29,864 bases of DNA, from positions 1 to 29,864 of IMG/VR virus record IMGVR_UViG_3300043568_000735, one strand, 5' to 3'. The translations under genes and the position numbers were made by a program. This DNA comes from a virus. Taxonomy: Duplodnaviria > Caudoviricetes. Positions within the stretch are counted from its first letter, which is position 1, and the number at the start of each line of letters is the position of its first letter. Below are positions 18,180 through 27,046 of this stretch, in pieces. The notes below the pieces were generated by a model, which was not told the origin of the DNA, did no database searches, and saw only the letters and a program-made list of their open reading frames with translations.

Positions 18180-20160
18180 TCCACGGTAGTCTTAATCGTG
18201 GTATTGCGTTGTCAATGATAATTCCAAATTGTGCATCTTGAACAATAGTTTCATTTAATATGATAGACTGTTTATCTAAATCAGTTTCCGTTTTATCATA
18301 TAAACGTAAATTAGTTAATGCAAGATTACTTCCAACTAATTTATACCTAGAATTTAAACTTCTGTCTATTGGATTAAATGGCATGTTTGTATTACTGTAT
18401 ATATTCTCGAGATCCGTTGTGCGTTCAGGCTGTGGTGTTTCTTCATTCCACTTTCTAACCCAAAGGTCAATCGTCAACTGTCTATAAAAGTTTGACATAT
18501 TTACAAATATTGCATACCAATAATTTTCTACAAGATTTGTATTAAGAATGTTAATGTATTCTTTTTGTGAATCTTTAAAAATTATGTAGCGGCTAGCATA
18601 GATTGAAATTCTCCAACCTGCTCCGTTCGAATATCCGTCGAATAAAATTTGTTCATTAGTTGCTTCTGCAATGTAACCTGTGTTAGAAAAAGAAGATGCC
18701 CAGTTTGAGTAATAAGTACTTAAGTACTGGATGATTTCATTTCTAACATTAAGCGTGTATACATAACCCGCAGTTATTGCAGTCACTGACGCAATTTCAC
18801 CATAAAGTGCTAATCCGTTGTAGTGGCTTATTTTTATATTAGACCCAACTGCGTAATTTCTTTTAGCCGCAATCGTATACGTTAAAGGAGTTGTCAGTGG
18901 TCCTGCAGATCCTAATGTAAGATAACCTTTAACATTATCTTTAGGAAATGGAGTAGTAAGGGTTAGTTCTTTAAACCACATGCATAATGATCTGTCAGCA
19001 GACGCAGGAAAATCTACGTTTGCTCTGTATTCAACTGCTGTTGGTTGAACTGTTGATGTGGAATCATAAAGAGATCTTAAATCATATTGTGATTCTGAAA
19101 GTATGTTTGTATAATTTGGTAATTTCAATTGTGATATGATAAGTTTATCATTAATCTGTAAACGAGTTGGGTCATAATCAACAGAGCCAATCTTTGGATC
19201 AAATTGTTGAGGGTCTGTTATCTGAATTGCTTCAAGTCTAACCTCTTCACCAAATCTTTCTTCGCTATCCCAAGTAAGTTCGTCAAATTGCTCACGTAAA
19301 TCTTGTGGCTCATAACGGTTAGCTTTAGGTGCATATTTTTTCAACGATATCTTCCAATAGATTTCCTTTTGCATTAAATCTTTATAAAGATATGAAGTGT
19401 CTATTTCATATATCCTATTGGTTAATGAAAAGTAAATAATGTCTCGTTTTTGAGGTCCTGTTCCTATGCCAAAAATTTCTTCATAATAATCTTTAACGAT
19501 TTGAATTTCAAACGGCATCTCAAAGTCAAGACCCATTGGATTAAACAGAATCTTATTATCAGGAAATTCATTCTTAGGTACAATAACTTTAATGCACTTA
19601 GGATCATCAACATCGTATAAAGTCCATTCATGTAATGATACATCTTTACCAATTGCCATCGGAACAGCTCTTGCATATAAAACATCGTGCCCAAATAGTT
19701 GATTAATTCCGTATGATAATTGTTTGTATAATGCAACTGCCGGATTAACTGCGTAAGGCTTAAACGTAAAGTTTTCAATTTTTGTTAAGTTACTAATGTT
19801 TCCTCTTTCAGAAACTGTAAACATCGGAACGAATCCTAAGTATGGATCCTTAGCATCAGCTGATTGAGTACAATTAACTTCTATGCTATTAATTGTTGCA
19901 GGTCCGCCGCTAATTAATGTTATACGAAAATCGACGAATAATGTATCGTCAGGATTTAAGATTATGGATTGCAAGTTTTGATTAGTCAGTTCTATCCAAG
20001 AAGCACGAACTCTATTTGATACACCCCAACGAAATTCCTTTTTAAGTACAGCCACTCCAGTGATGTCATCGCACCAGCTGATAAGTTGTGTAACGTAATG
20101 AAAGGGCTTATCCTGAGTGATTTTTACAAAGTCTCCGGGATTAGATAAAATTGCCAGCAT
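18163..20160 (-). CDS. Neck/head-completion protein (gp14-like) with N- and C-terminal extensions
   Basis: INQLFGHDVLY...FGIGTGPQKRDIIYFSLTNRIYEI resembles the gp14 core; beta-rich C-terminal half. Confidence 0.55.
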   Translation of the reverse strand: MLAILSNPGDFVKITQDKPFHYVTQLISWCDDITGVAVLKKEFRWGVSNRVRASWIELTNQNLQSIILNPDDTLFVDFRITLISGGPATINSIEVNCTQSADAKDPYLGFVPMFTVSERGNISNLTKIENFTFKPYAVNPAVALYKQLSYGINQLFGHDVLYARAVPMAIGKDVSLHEWTLYDVDDPKCIKVIVPKNEFPDNKILFNPMGLDFEMPFEIQIVKDYYEEIFGIGTGPQKRDIIYFSLTNRIYEIDTSYLYKDLMQKEIYWKISLKKYAPKANRYEPQDLREQFDELTWDSEERFGEEVRLEAIQITDPQQFDPKIGSVDYDPTRLQINDKLIISQLKLPNYTNILSESQYDLRSLYDSTSTVQPTAVEYRANVDFPASADRSLCMWFKELTLTTPFPKDNVKGYLTLGSAGPLTTPLTYTIAAKRNYAVGSNIKISHYNGLALYGEIASVTAITAGYVYTLNVRNEIIQYLSTYYSNWASSFSNTGYIAEATNEQILFDGYSNGAGWRISIYASRYIIFKDSQKEYINILNTNLVENYWYAIFVNMSNFYRQLTIDLWVRKWNEETPQPERTTDLENIYSNTNMPFNPIDRSLNSRYKLVGSNLALTNLRLYDKTETDLDKQSIILNETIVQDAQFGIIIDNAIPRLRLPWIGKTK

Positions 20161-20177
20161 CCTGAATGTATTTTATG

Positions 20178-20185
20178 TATATATT
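20178..20185 (-). promoter_or_regulatory. Putative late-type promoter AATATATA
   Basis: Minus strand GAATATATAC, 17 nt upstream of the neck-terminase operon. Confidence 0.6.
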
Positions 20186-20203
20186 CATGGAGGCTGGCAA
20201 GTA

Positions 20204-20611
20204 TTATTGTGTTATGAGTGCTTCATATTGTTTTACTTCTGAAATGAATTCTTCACCAAGAATTTTTACTGAAGTGTCAAAATCACGGCGGGACATTTGA
20301 AACTTATCACAATACCATTTTACAGTTTCATCTGTAAACTCTGCTTTTGCTTTTTTGTCCTCTTTGACCTTTTTTGTTTTGACGTACATCCACGAAGGTG
20401 TGCGGCTATACATTTTACTCCAGTTATCCTGCCAATATGAAACAGTCTGCCCTGGGTTAATTCTTAAATGATTAAAGTAAGCTGCTTGCACCGGAAACTT
20501 AATTGATGCAAAACGATTAATCATAAAAAAATGTTTTGCTCGTTCATGCATAGGAATCTTTTTAAATTCTTGTTGCTTGAACATTGTATTAATGAGTTCG
20601 AATAAATCCAT
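20204..20611 (-). CDS. Probable clamp-loader small subunit (gp62-like)
   Basis: 135 aa; FMINRFAS and VKWYCDKFQMSRRDFDTSVKIL parallel conserved gp62-type segments; adjacent to rnh. Confidence 0.45.
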   Translation of the reverse strand: MDLFELINTMFKQQEFKKIPMHERAKHFFMINRFASIKFPVQAAYFNHLRINPGQTVSYWQDNWSKMYSRTPSWMYVKTKKVKEDKKAKAEFTDETVKWYCDKFQMSRRDFDTSVKILGEEFISEVKQYEALITQ

Positions 20612-20659
20612 TGAGTAGATGTTTATTAGATGACCTTAGAGGCATTGTTATTTATTGAT

Positions 20660-20685
20660 TATATTTGCTACTGTAAGGATAGTTT
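20660..20685 (-). promoter_or_regulatory. Putative phage-sigma promoter AAAC-N16-AATATA
   Basis: Minus strand AAAAC-TATCCTTACAGTAGCA-AATATAAT. Confidence 0.55.
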
Positions 20686-20698
20686 TAATCTTTTAGAA

Positions 20699-21805
20699 TT
20701 ACATTCCAAAATCTTTGAAGATATCAGCCTCAACTACAATCTTCGGTCCGTTCACATAGTTAGTACCAGCAAGTAAATAAGACATATCATAATTAGCTGC
20801 AGGCAACGAATCATTTTTATGTTTCTCAAACGAGATCTTGAAATTATCTTGTATGTCTTGTGGAATAACTCTACCATCAAGATAAACCAAAGTGATGTTA
20901 CGCTCAAGACGAGATTTGATAACGTCCGCAGCAACAGTCTGTTTACAAGTTGAAGCAATTCCATTAGCAACTTCCATAGCTCTTTCAGGTAAATGATAGA
21001 TATCATCAATGAATTTAGTACGGTTTACAATTTCATAAATACGTTCCGCTTTGGCAGGAGTAACTCTAAATGTTTTTCCTTTTGCTTCCCATGTCCAAAC
21101 AGGTGGCACTGCATCACCAGCGTCTCCAGTAATTACTTTACAGAAAATCATAAAGGCTGGATCTATTTCTTCAACAGGAATAGCGTGCATAGCCTCAGCA
21201 ATTAAATCCTTGTTACTTCCCATATAAGTAGAAGCATCAAATAAATCATAGCTTTCAGTTTTAAGCCATTCCTTAAATCCAATAGGAGCTACAATCTTAC
21301 GATTTTTAGAATTTGGATTAAAGCATACGACAAAGTTTTTCTCGTTCATACGAACGCATTGTGTTAAGTCACCGTCACCAGTAATAATAACACTGTCCTC
21401 ACCTTGTTGAAATAAATGGTCCGCCCACAAATGCATAAGATCATCACCTTCAGCGCGATCTTCACGTGAAACGATAAATCCTTTTTTGGTTAGGATTTCT
21501 CCAAACTCATTCATCATTTTGTAAAACTGGTCCCAGTTTATTTTGGATTCATCCTTGGTACGAGTACCTTTATAAGCACCGTCTTCAATAAGTACATCCT
21601 TACGCCATGATCTTGCATCAATGGTAAAGATTAATTTATCAGGGCTACCGAAGTTACGGATAGCGTGTGACATGTCAGTTGCGATTTTACGCATGAACAT
21701 ATCTTGATCTTTTTTATCATCAAGCAACCTTTTGCCGTTTGAGTAACCACCGAAGATAAACAGTGTTTTGTAGAATAAGTAATTCCCGTCGAATATTAGA
21801 TTCAT
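20699..21805 (-). CDS. rnh: T4-type RNase H / 5'-3' flap exonuclease
   Basis: LIFDGNY, SWRK...YKGTR, EGDDL, ITGDGDLTQ and GDAGDAVP acidic motifs of the FEN/5'-3' exonuclease fold. Confidence 0.9.
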   Translation of the reverse strand: MNLIFDGNYLFYKTLFIFGGYSNGKRLLDDKKDQDMFMRKIATDMSHAIRNFGSPDKLIFTIDARSWRKDVLIEDGAYKGTRTKDESKINWDQFYKMMNEFGEILTKKGFIVSREDRAEGDDLMHLWADHLFQQGEDSVIITGDGDLTQCVRMNEKNFVVCFNPNSKNRKIVAPIGFKEWLKTESYDLFDASTYMGSNKDLIAEAMHAIPVEEIDPAFMIFCKVITGDAGDAVPPVWTWEAKGKTFRVTPAKAERIYEIVNRTKFIDDIYHLPERAMEVANGIASTCKQTVAADVIKSRLERNITLVYLDGRVIPQDIQDNFKISFEKHKNDSLPAANYDMSYLLAGTNYVNGPKIVVEADIFKDFGM

Positions 21806-21827
21806 ATAAATATATGTTATTTATTAT

Positions 21828-21866
21828 TATATAGCAAATTTAACCAATAGTTTTCACATATGCAAA
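21828..21866 (-). promoter_or_regulatory. Overlapping dual promoter: host-type TTTG-N20-TAAATTTG and phage-type AAAC-N16-TATATA
   Basis: TTTG 21863-21866 and TAAATTTG 21835-21842; AAAC 21850-21853 and TATATA 21828-21833. Confidence 0.65.
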
Positions 21867-21886
21867 TTATTGTCCAATTATTTTCA

Positions 21887-22366
21887 CTATGAGCGTAAAT
21901 TTTTTATTCTTGACCTTAAAGCAGCAACAGCAGTTTCAAAATCATTAAACAATGGAATGTTATGTCTGTGACAAACAACTTCAACATTTCCTTTTCTGTA
22001 AAATCCGTCTGGGCAACATACCATTAATCTGCTGCTGTTAGCATGTAACCCCAATTCTAACAGAGTAATTGGAGATTTAGATTCTGGTAAGATATTCATA
22101 AAGATAATATCAGCATCAAGTAAGTTAGACATTTCCCAATTTACTTGATGATTAAATTGTGGATTAGTGGCTCTTTGTTCCCATGAACTATCCCATTCTT
22201 CTCTTCGAGGATTTAAGAAGGTTACTTCACAATCATCTAGTTTTTCCTGTACCTCAGTCTGCCAATCAACAGACGAACCCATATCTATGGAACCAGCTAA
22301 AAAAATCCCAGGATAGTTCTCCTGGGATTGGTTAGAGCTGGTAGGTTTAATTACCTGGCTTTTCAT
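21887..22366 (-). CDS. Nucleoside 2-deoxyribosyltransferase-like protein
   Basis: IFLAGSIDMG..DWQ, LNPRR, QVNWE, SPITLLELG and CCPDGFYRKGNV motifs. Confidence 0.85.
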   Translation of the reverse strand: MKSQVIKPTSSNQSQENYPGIFLAGSIDMGSSVDWQTEVQEKLDDCEVTFLNPRREEWDSSWEQRATNPQFNHQVNWEMSNLLDADIIFMNILPESKSPITLLELGLHANSSRLMVCCPDGFYRKGNVEVVCHRHNIPLFNDFETAVAALRSRIKNLRS

Positions 22367-22368
22367 GA

Positions 22369-24267
22369 TTAATCCTGAGATGGTTTTTCAACCTTAGCAG
22401 CTTTTTCAGTTTTCACTGGTGTAGTTGCAGCAGGTTTGTTTTTCTCTTGGATTTTGTTTAACAATTCCATTCCAAGCAATCCAGAGATTGGACCGTTAGC
22501 ACCATCACCACCGCCTGAGATTAAGATCTCTGGTATAATTTTGATGTTGTTAGTTCCAATAGATTCCATTACCTTCAAGTTACTGAAGTTATCTGCACCC
22601 ATTGCTTGTACTTGTTTCTCGTACGCTTCAGCGGTAGCCTTACCGATTGCCTCGATTTTTCCAGCCTCTGCTTTACCGTTAACATCAGTTTCGTATGCAG
22701 CAGCCTCAGCATTTAATTTTTTGGCTTTGGCCTGAGCACCCGCCTTAAGCTCCATAGATTTAGCTTCACCTTCCGCTTCCTTAACTTTAGTTTGAGCAAC
22801 ACGGTCGGCAATCATAACTGATTGTTCTGCCTTCACGATTTCAGGCTGCATGTCAGCAAGGGCTCTTGCAGAAGCAAGTTTTTGTTTTTCTTCCTGAGCT
22901 TTTTGTTGCACATTAAAGGTTTCTTGTTCTTCTTGAGCAATTTTACGGTCAGTTAATGTTTTCATCAATGATTCAGGCGGAGTAATATCTCCAATCAAAG
23001 TATCCACGGCATGTACGTTATATTCATCAAGTACCTTAGAGATAGATTCCTTAGCAGCGTTTTGTCTAGATTGACGAGTAGTCAAGAAGGCAATAACGTC
23101 AGAGTCCTGTGCAGAGTTACGGAAGTAGTTACCAATTGTTGGTTCAAGAACTTGTGATACAAGATTCTGCATAGAACCGAAACGAGCAATTACCTTTGGT
23201 GCCTCAGTTGATGGTATGTGGATAATCTGTGATACGTCTAAGTTAAACGGGAAACCGTCTTTAGAACGAACAGTAATTGTTGATAATCCTTTATCCAAGT
23301 TGTGTGATTCAGTTCGAGCATTTGCCCAGTTAAGAACCAAGTTTGTAGTTGGAACCACTTCAATTTTATGAGTGTACGGATTGATTGCGTATTTACCTGG
23401 GTCAAGCGGAGTAATGCATACACCTTTTTGGCCTTTCTTAACAATGTTACCATGTTTAAATGTTGCACCAGTCATATCTTCACCTTCATCACCTACATAT
23501 GATATGATAACCCCTACATGACCAATAGGAATTTGCGTCATAGCAACTTTTTCAATCTCAACCGCCCACGGGTTAAAAGAATAGTTACCAGCTTGTACCA
23601 CCTGTATTTGTAAACCACGTTGACCGCCTGCCTCTAAGAATTTGTCAAAGTCCTGATAGTTATTGTGTCCTTTGATAATAGAACCAGCGATTGACCCTTG
23701 TTCAAGAGGTGTACCGTCAAGAGCTGTAATAATTCCGACAGATCCATCTTCAATATTTGTAATGTCAGCAGCAGAGATTTCAAATAAGTGTGTATTAATA
23801 CGATAAACCCCGTTGTTTAAGTAACCAACTTGTTTACCTCTTTGTCCACCATTAGCTAAAAATTCTCGAGCATTTTGGAAGTTATCAGATTCAACGTGAC
23901 GAGCTAAGATAGCTCCTGTTGGAAGTTGTTTACCGTCCTTTGCTGATAGTAATCCAATTTTTCCTTTAGGAATAACCGTTAGCGGTGCTTGGTCGATTGC
24001 GTATTGCCAAGGCCAGTATAACCAATATAAACCAGGTGCCAAGGTATCTGCTTGAAAACCAGCTTCACCATTTAGCGCAATGATTTTACCATCTGGTAGA
24101 TTTTTGTTTGCGCCAAATAAAACGAATTTCTTCGTGATTAACCCAATCTTGTCCTCAGGTATAATCACCATACCGAAGAATACTCGTAAAGTGAACTTGT
24201 AAAAAAGTGTTGCTAAAATAGGTATCAGTACCCAGGCATAGCTTAAAAGCGATGTAATTAATTCCAT
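22369..24267 (-). CDS. SPFH/band-7 (flotillin-like) membrane scaffold protein
   Basis: N-terminal TM, repeated G..G.Q...L.PG.Y units, ITVRSKDGFPFNLDV core and an Ala/Glu/Lys-rich coiled-coil C-terminus. Confidence 0.88.
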   Translation of the reverse strand: MELITSLLSYAWVLIPILATLFYKFTLRVFFGMVIIPEDKIGLITKKFVLFGANKNLPDGKIIALNGEAGFQADTLAPGLYWLYWPWQYAIDQAPLTVIPKGKIGLLSAKDGKQLPTGAILARHVESDNFQNAREFLANGGQRGKQVGYLNNGVYRINTHLFEISAADITNIEDGSVGIITALDGTPLEQGSIAGSIIKGHNNYQDFDKFLEAGGQRGLQIQVVQAGNYSFNPWAVEIEKVAMTQIPIGHVGVIISYVGDEGEDMTGATFKHGNIVKKGQKGVCITPLDPGKYAINPYTHKIEVVPTTNLVLNWANARTESHNLDKGLSTITVRSKDGFPFNLDVSQIIHIPSTEAPKVIARFGSMQNLVSQVLEPTIGNYFRNSAQDSDVIAFLTTRQSRQNAAKESISKVLDEYNVHAVDTLIGDITPPESLMKTLTDRKIAQEEQETFNVQQKAQEEKQKLASARALADMQPEIVKAEQSVMIADRVAQTKVKEAEGEAKSMELKAGAQAKAKKLNAEAAAYETDVNGKAEAGKIEAIGKATAEAYEKQVQAMGADNFSNLKVMESIGTNNIKIIPEILISGGGDGANGPISGLLGMELLNKIQEKNKPAATTPVKTEKAAKVEKPSQD

Positions 24268-24319
24268 GTTTTGAAATTTGTTTAAAATGTTAATGAATAA
24301 TTAAAGTTAAAATTTATTT

Positions 24320-25849
24320 TTAGTTAGCAGATAATTCGTTAACCTTAGCTCTGATTGCGGTCAAAGTAGTTTGGTTAAAGAAGTTTCCGTTTTCATATAT
24401 TGTTTGTAATAAACCAGAGTTCTCTTGCTCGTCGGTACATTGTGTTTGTACAGAATAAATTCCGTTAGTCTCAATCACAGCACATTTACCTTTTAATGAT
24501 TTTTTAGTTCCATCATCAGTTACAGGCTCCTTGTAGATATTGTGGTCATTTCCATTTTCTTGGAACCAAGCGCCTTTTGCAGCGTACCCAAAAGTATCAC
24601 GTGTAGTGAATTGGTATGTGAATGATCCTACACCTAAAACAATATTAGTTGAAGCAAATCCTTTAGCTTCCAATCTTGTGTAGATTTCAATTTGACGGTC
24701 AAGCGTAATAGAATCTCCGTAGATTGCTCCAATGTGAGAGTCTAATACTTTGTAACCTTGTTCGTTAATGGTACCACCGAATGTTTCCCATAAGCACTCA
24801 ATTAATCCTTTGGTATAAAACTCTGGATAACCAGCTCTTAATTCTTGTTCAGTTAATTCAGTTCTTCCGTGTCCGCAAAGAATTTCCACAGGATCACCTG
24901 AGTCAGGACGGATTACCAATTTACCATTACGGTTCATAATTAAATCTTTTTGGTTGTAGCAAAAACCACCTGGACCTGGTTTAGCAACCAAGGTTACATC
25001 AAAGGTGTCGGCAACCATTGAGAAGATTCCTTCGTTAAAATCCGTTAACCAATCCACCATCATTTGTTCCTCACCCACAGTAAAGATTTTGGTAGTTGAT
25101 ACAGAGTGCTCAGAAGCATTTACTGAAGCTATGCAAACTTCATCCTCAGATTCATCATAGAAATAACGAGATGCTGGAATTACCACGATTGAGTCAGAAC
25201 CCATAAAAGAAAAGGCATGACCAAGACCAGAAGATAAACTATCCCAAGGAGATAATCCACGAGCTGAGAAATCATGGCATAAGTAAGGAATTAACCAAGC
25301 ATTTGCGGGGTCAGTTTTAGTTACCCATTTTACAAGGTTTCTACGGTACTGTAATGCAATGGTTGCAGAAGTAGCTGGTTTCCAGGCTAAAGATGAAATG
25401 ATTGTTTCAAGATACAATGTTAACCAAGCAAAACCAGGTACAGTGTTAATGAAAGTCATATGAGGAATATTTGCGTCTGTCTCAATTCCTTCAGGCAAGG
25501 CTTTGATTTTAATAGGCAAGTATCCTAAATCGTGTAGTGCTTCAAAGTGCGAAGCATCATATGGCATACCTAAGTATTTTGCCATGTCAGTTCCGAATTT
25601 GGTTGCAGTTTCTTTTGGCATGTCAAAGAAATTCTCTTGCCATTCAGCGTGTAACCAACGAACAGTTAATTGATGACCAATAGAAAGAATTTTATTAATT
25701 CCTTTTGGTGCATGTTTTGTACTTCTTGGGATCCAAGTTCCGTATAAGAAATCCGTGCCTGGAGCAAGCATTCTTTTATGCCCAACTTTATATCCGTCAG
25801 AATAATAAGGAGCAGGGGCTCTAAACGTTTTTTGTAACTTAGTTATCAT
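24320..25849 (-). CDS. nadV: Nicotinamide phosphoribosyltransferase-family protein (NAMPT/NadV; candidate NARP1 Namat)
   Basis: DGYKVGH, HDFSARG, ASEHSV, VIRPDSGDP, IYGDSIT, TRDTFG and KKSLKG motifs. Confidence 0.92.
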   Translation of the reverse strand: MITKLQKTFRAPAPYYSDGYKVGHKRMLAPGTDFLYGTWIPRSTKHAPKGINKILSIGHQLTVRWLHAEWQENFFDMPKETATKFGTDMAKYLGMPYDASHFEALHDLGYLPIKIKALPEGIETDANIPHMTFINTVPGFAWLTLYLETIISSLAWKPATSATIALQYRRNLVKWVTKTDPANAWLIPYLCHDFSARGLSPWDSLSSGLGHAFSFMGSDSIVVIPASRYFYDESEDEVCIASVNASEHSVSTTKIFTVGEEQMMVDWLTDFNEGIFSMVADTFDVTLVAKPGPGGFCYNQKDLIMNRNGKLVIRPDSGDPVEILCGHGRTELTEQELRAGYPEFYTKGLIECLWETFGGTINEQGYKVLDSHIGAIYGDSITLDRQIEIYTRLEAKGFASTNIVLGVGSFTYQFTTRDTFGYAAKGAWFQENGNDHNIYKEPVTDDGTKKSLKGKCAVIETNGIYSVQTQCTDEQENSGLLQTIYENGNFFNQTTLTAIRAKVNELSAN

Positions 25850-25876
25850 AATATTTATTTGTTTTTAATTATAGAG

Positions 25877-25932
25877 CAAAATTAACCAAAATAAAGATAC
25901 TAAGCAAATATTTTGGTAAGAAGTTATTAACA
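25877..25932 (-). promoter_or_regulatory. Bacteroidota-type promoter TTTG-N20-TAATTTTG with upstream TGTTAATAACTT box
   Basis: -7 box 25877-25884, -33 box 25905-25908, 12-bp box 25921-25932. Confidence 0.72.
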
Positions 25933-25933
25933 A

Positions 25934-26407
25934 TTATAAAAGTTCTTGTTTAACTATTGTAATTGCTTGGCCTAAAAGATTAAGACCTTTCCAACACATT
26001 GGGTACTCGACATTAGGATCATCTTCAGTCATACCGATACCCCAGATATTATCAAGTGGAGATGCTTCCACTAGGATTCTTTTGCCTGTAAGCAAAAGAG
26101 CAGCTTTAAGATCACTGTTTTGAGAAAACTTAAAATAGTTTCCTTTAATTACAATACTTAAGCAAACTTTATCCCAAACACTCTTGTCAAAGTTTTTAAT
26201 CATGCGACCGTATTTCTTTTGCTCTCTTGGGTTAGTTTCACCCATGATTAACTTGGCAATTTCTGTATCACCAAATGTTAAGGCTTTTTGGTGCATCATG
26301 TATTGTTCACATGAATTATAAGTGATACCGTCAATAGTCATATTTGCTTTATACCATTGTGAGTAAATTCCATTCCAAAAGAATACGTATTTATTTGTAG
26401 TTTTCAT
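25934..26407 (-). CDS. NADAR family protein (YbiA/DUF1768)
   Basis: YSQWY, EQYMMHQKALTFGD, KFSQN, LVEASPLDNIWGIG and GLNLLG motifs. Confidence 0.93.
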   Translation of the reverse strand: MKTTNKYVFFWNGIYSQWYKANMTIDGITYNSCEQYMMHQKALTFGDTEIAKLIMGETNPREQKKYGRMIKNFDKSVWDKVCLSIVIKGNYFKFSQNSDLKAALLLTGKRILVEASPLDNIWGIGMTEDDPNVEYPMCWKGLNLLGQAITIVKQELL

Positions 26408-27046
26408 TTAAGGTAAGATTACGATTGTTACTTTACAATCAATTAATTCAGTCTGTATGATATTTTTTATTCTATCCCAATTACCCCCAGCAAGTCCAGC
26501 GCCAATTTTTGGTAATCCAATGTGTTTACCTTTAAAGATTACATTCATCTTTCTCATGCACATTGTGATTGCTTCATAATCCACAGGTTTAGAAACCCCG
26601 TCTTTATGATTTGCCCCGTAATTGTTTTGTGTGTAAGCATTTACTACAGTTAGCTCAGGTTCATTAAGTTTATTATCAGCGTCAGTTAATGACCAAATTG
26701 CATTTTTGCCAATAACGAATGTTTCATAATCAATGCAACCTAATTTTTCAATAGTAGGTCCCCAAGTTTCCATTTCAAATTTATCACATCCAAAATTTCT
26801 AGCCATGTGTGGTGCAATACCAGCACCCATAGTTGAGCGGCAATTACATCCGTGAGCAATTACATCAAATTCACCAGTCTTTGCCAATACTATAAGATCA
26901 CCGGTAACTTCGTCATATCTTGCTTTAAGTTTTGCTATTGCGGCTAAGTCAGTAAAAGGAGATTCTTGACACATGTCTTCTTTACAGATTCCAGTGCAAG
27001 GACCATGTTCGCAATACCAACAGTGAAGTCCAATACCTATACTCAT
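26408..27046 (-). CDS. Macrodomain (ADP-ribose binding/hydrolase) with N-terminal Cys-rich extension
   Basis: GDLI...IAHGCNC..TMGAGIA, VVNAYTQ and IGLPKIGAGLAGGNW motifs; TAATG overlap with the upstream stop. Confidence 0.9.
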   Translation of the reverse strand: MSIGIGLHCWYCEHGPCTGICKEDMCQESPFTDLAAIAKLKARYDEVTGDLIVLAKTGEFDVIAHGCNCRSTMGAGIAPHMARNFGCDKFEMETWGPTIEKLGCIDYETFVIGKNAIWSLTDADNKLNEPELTVVNAYTQNNYGANHKDGVSKPVDYEAITMCMRKMNVIFKGKHIGLPKIGAGLAGGNWDRIKNIIQTELIDCKVTIVILP

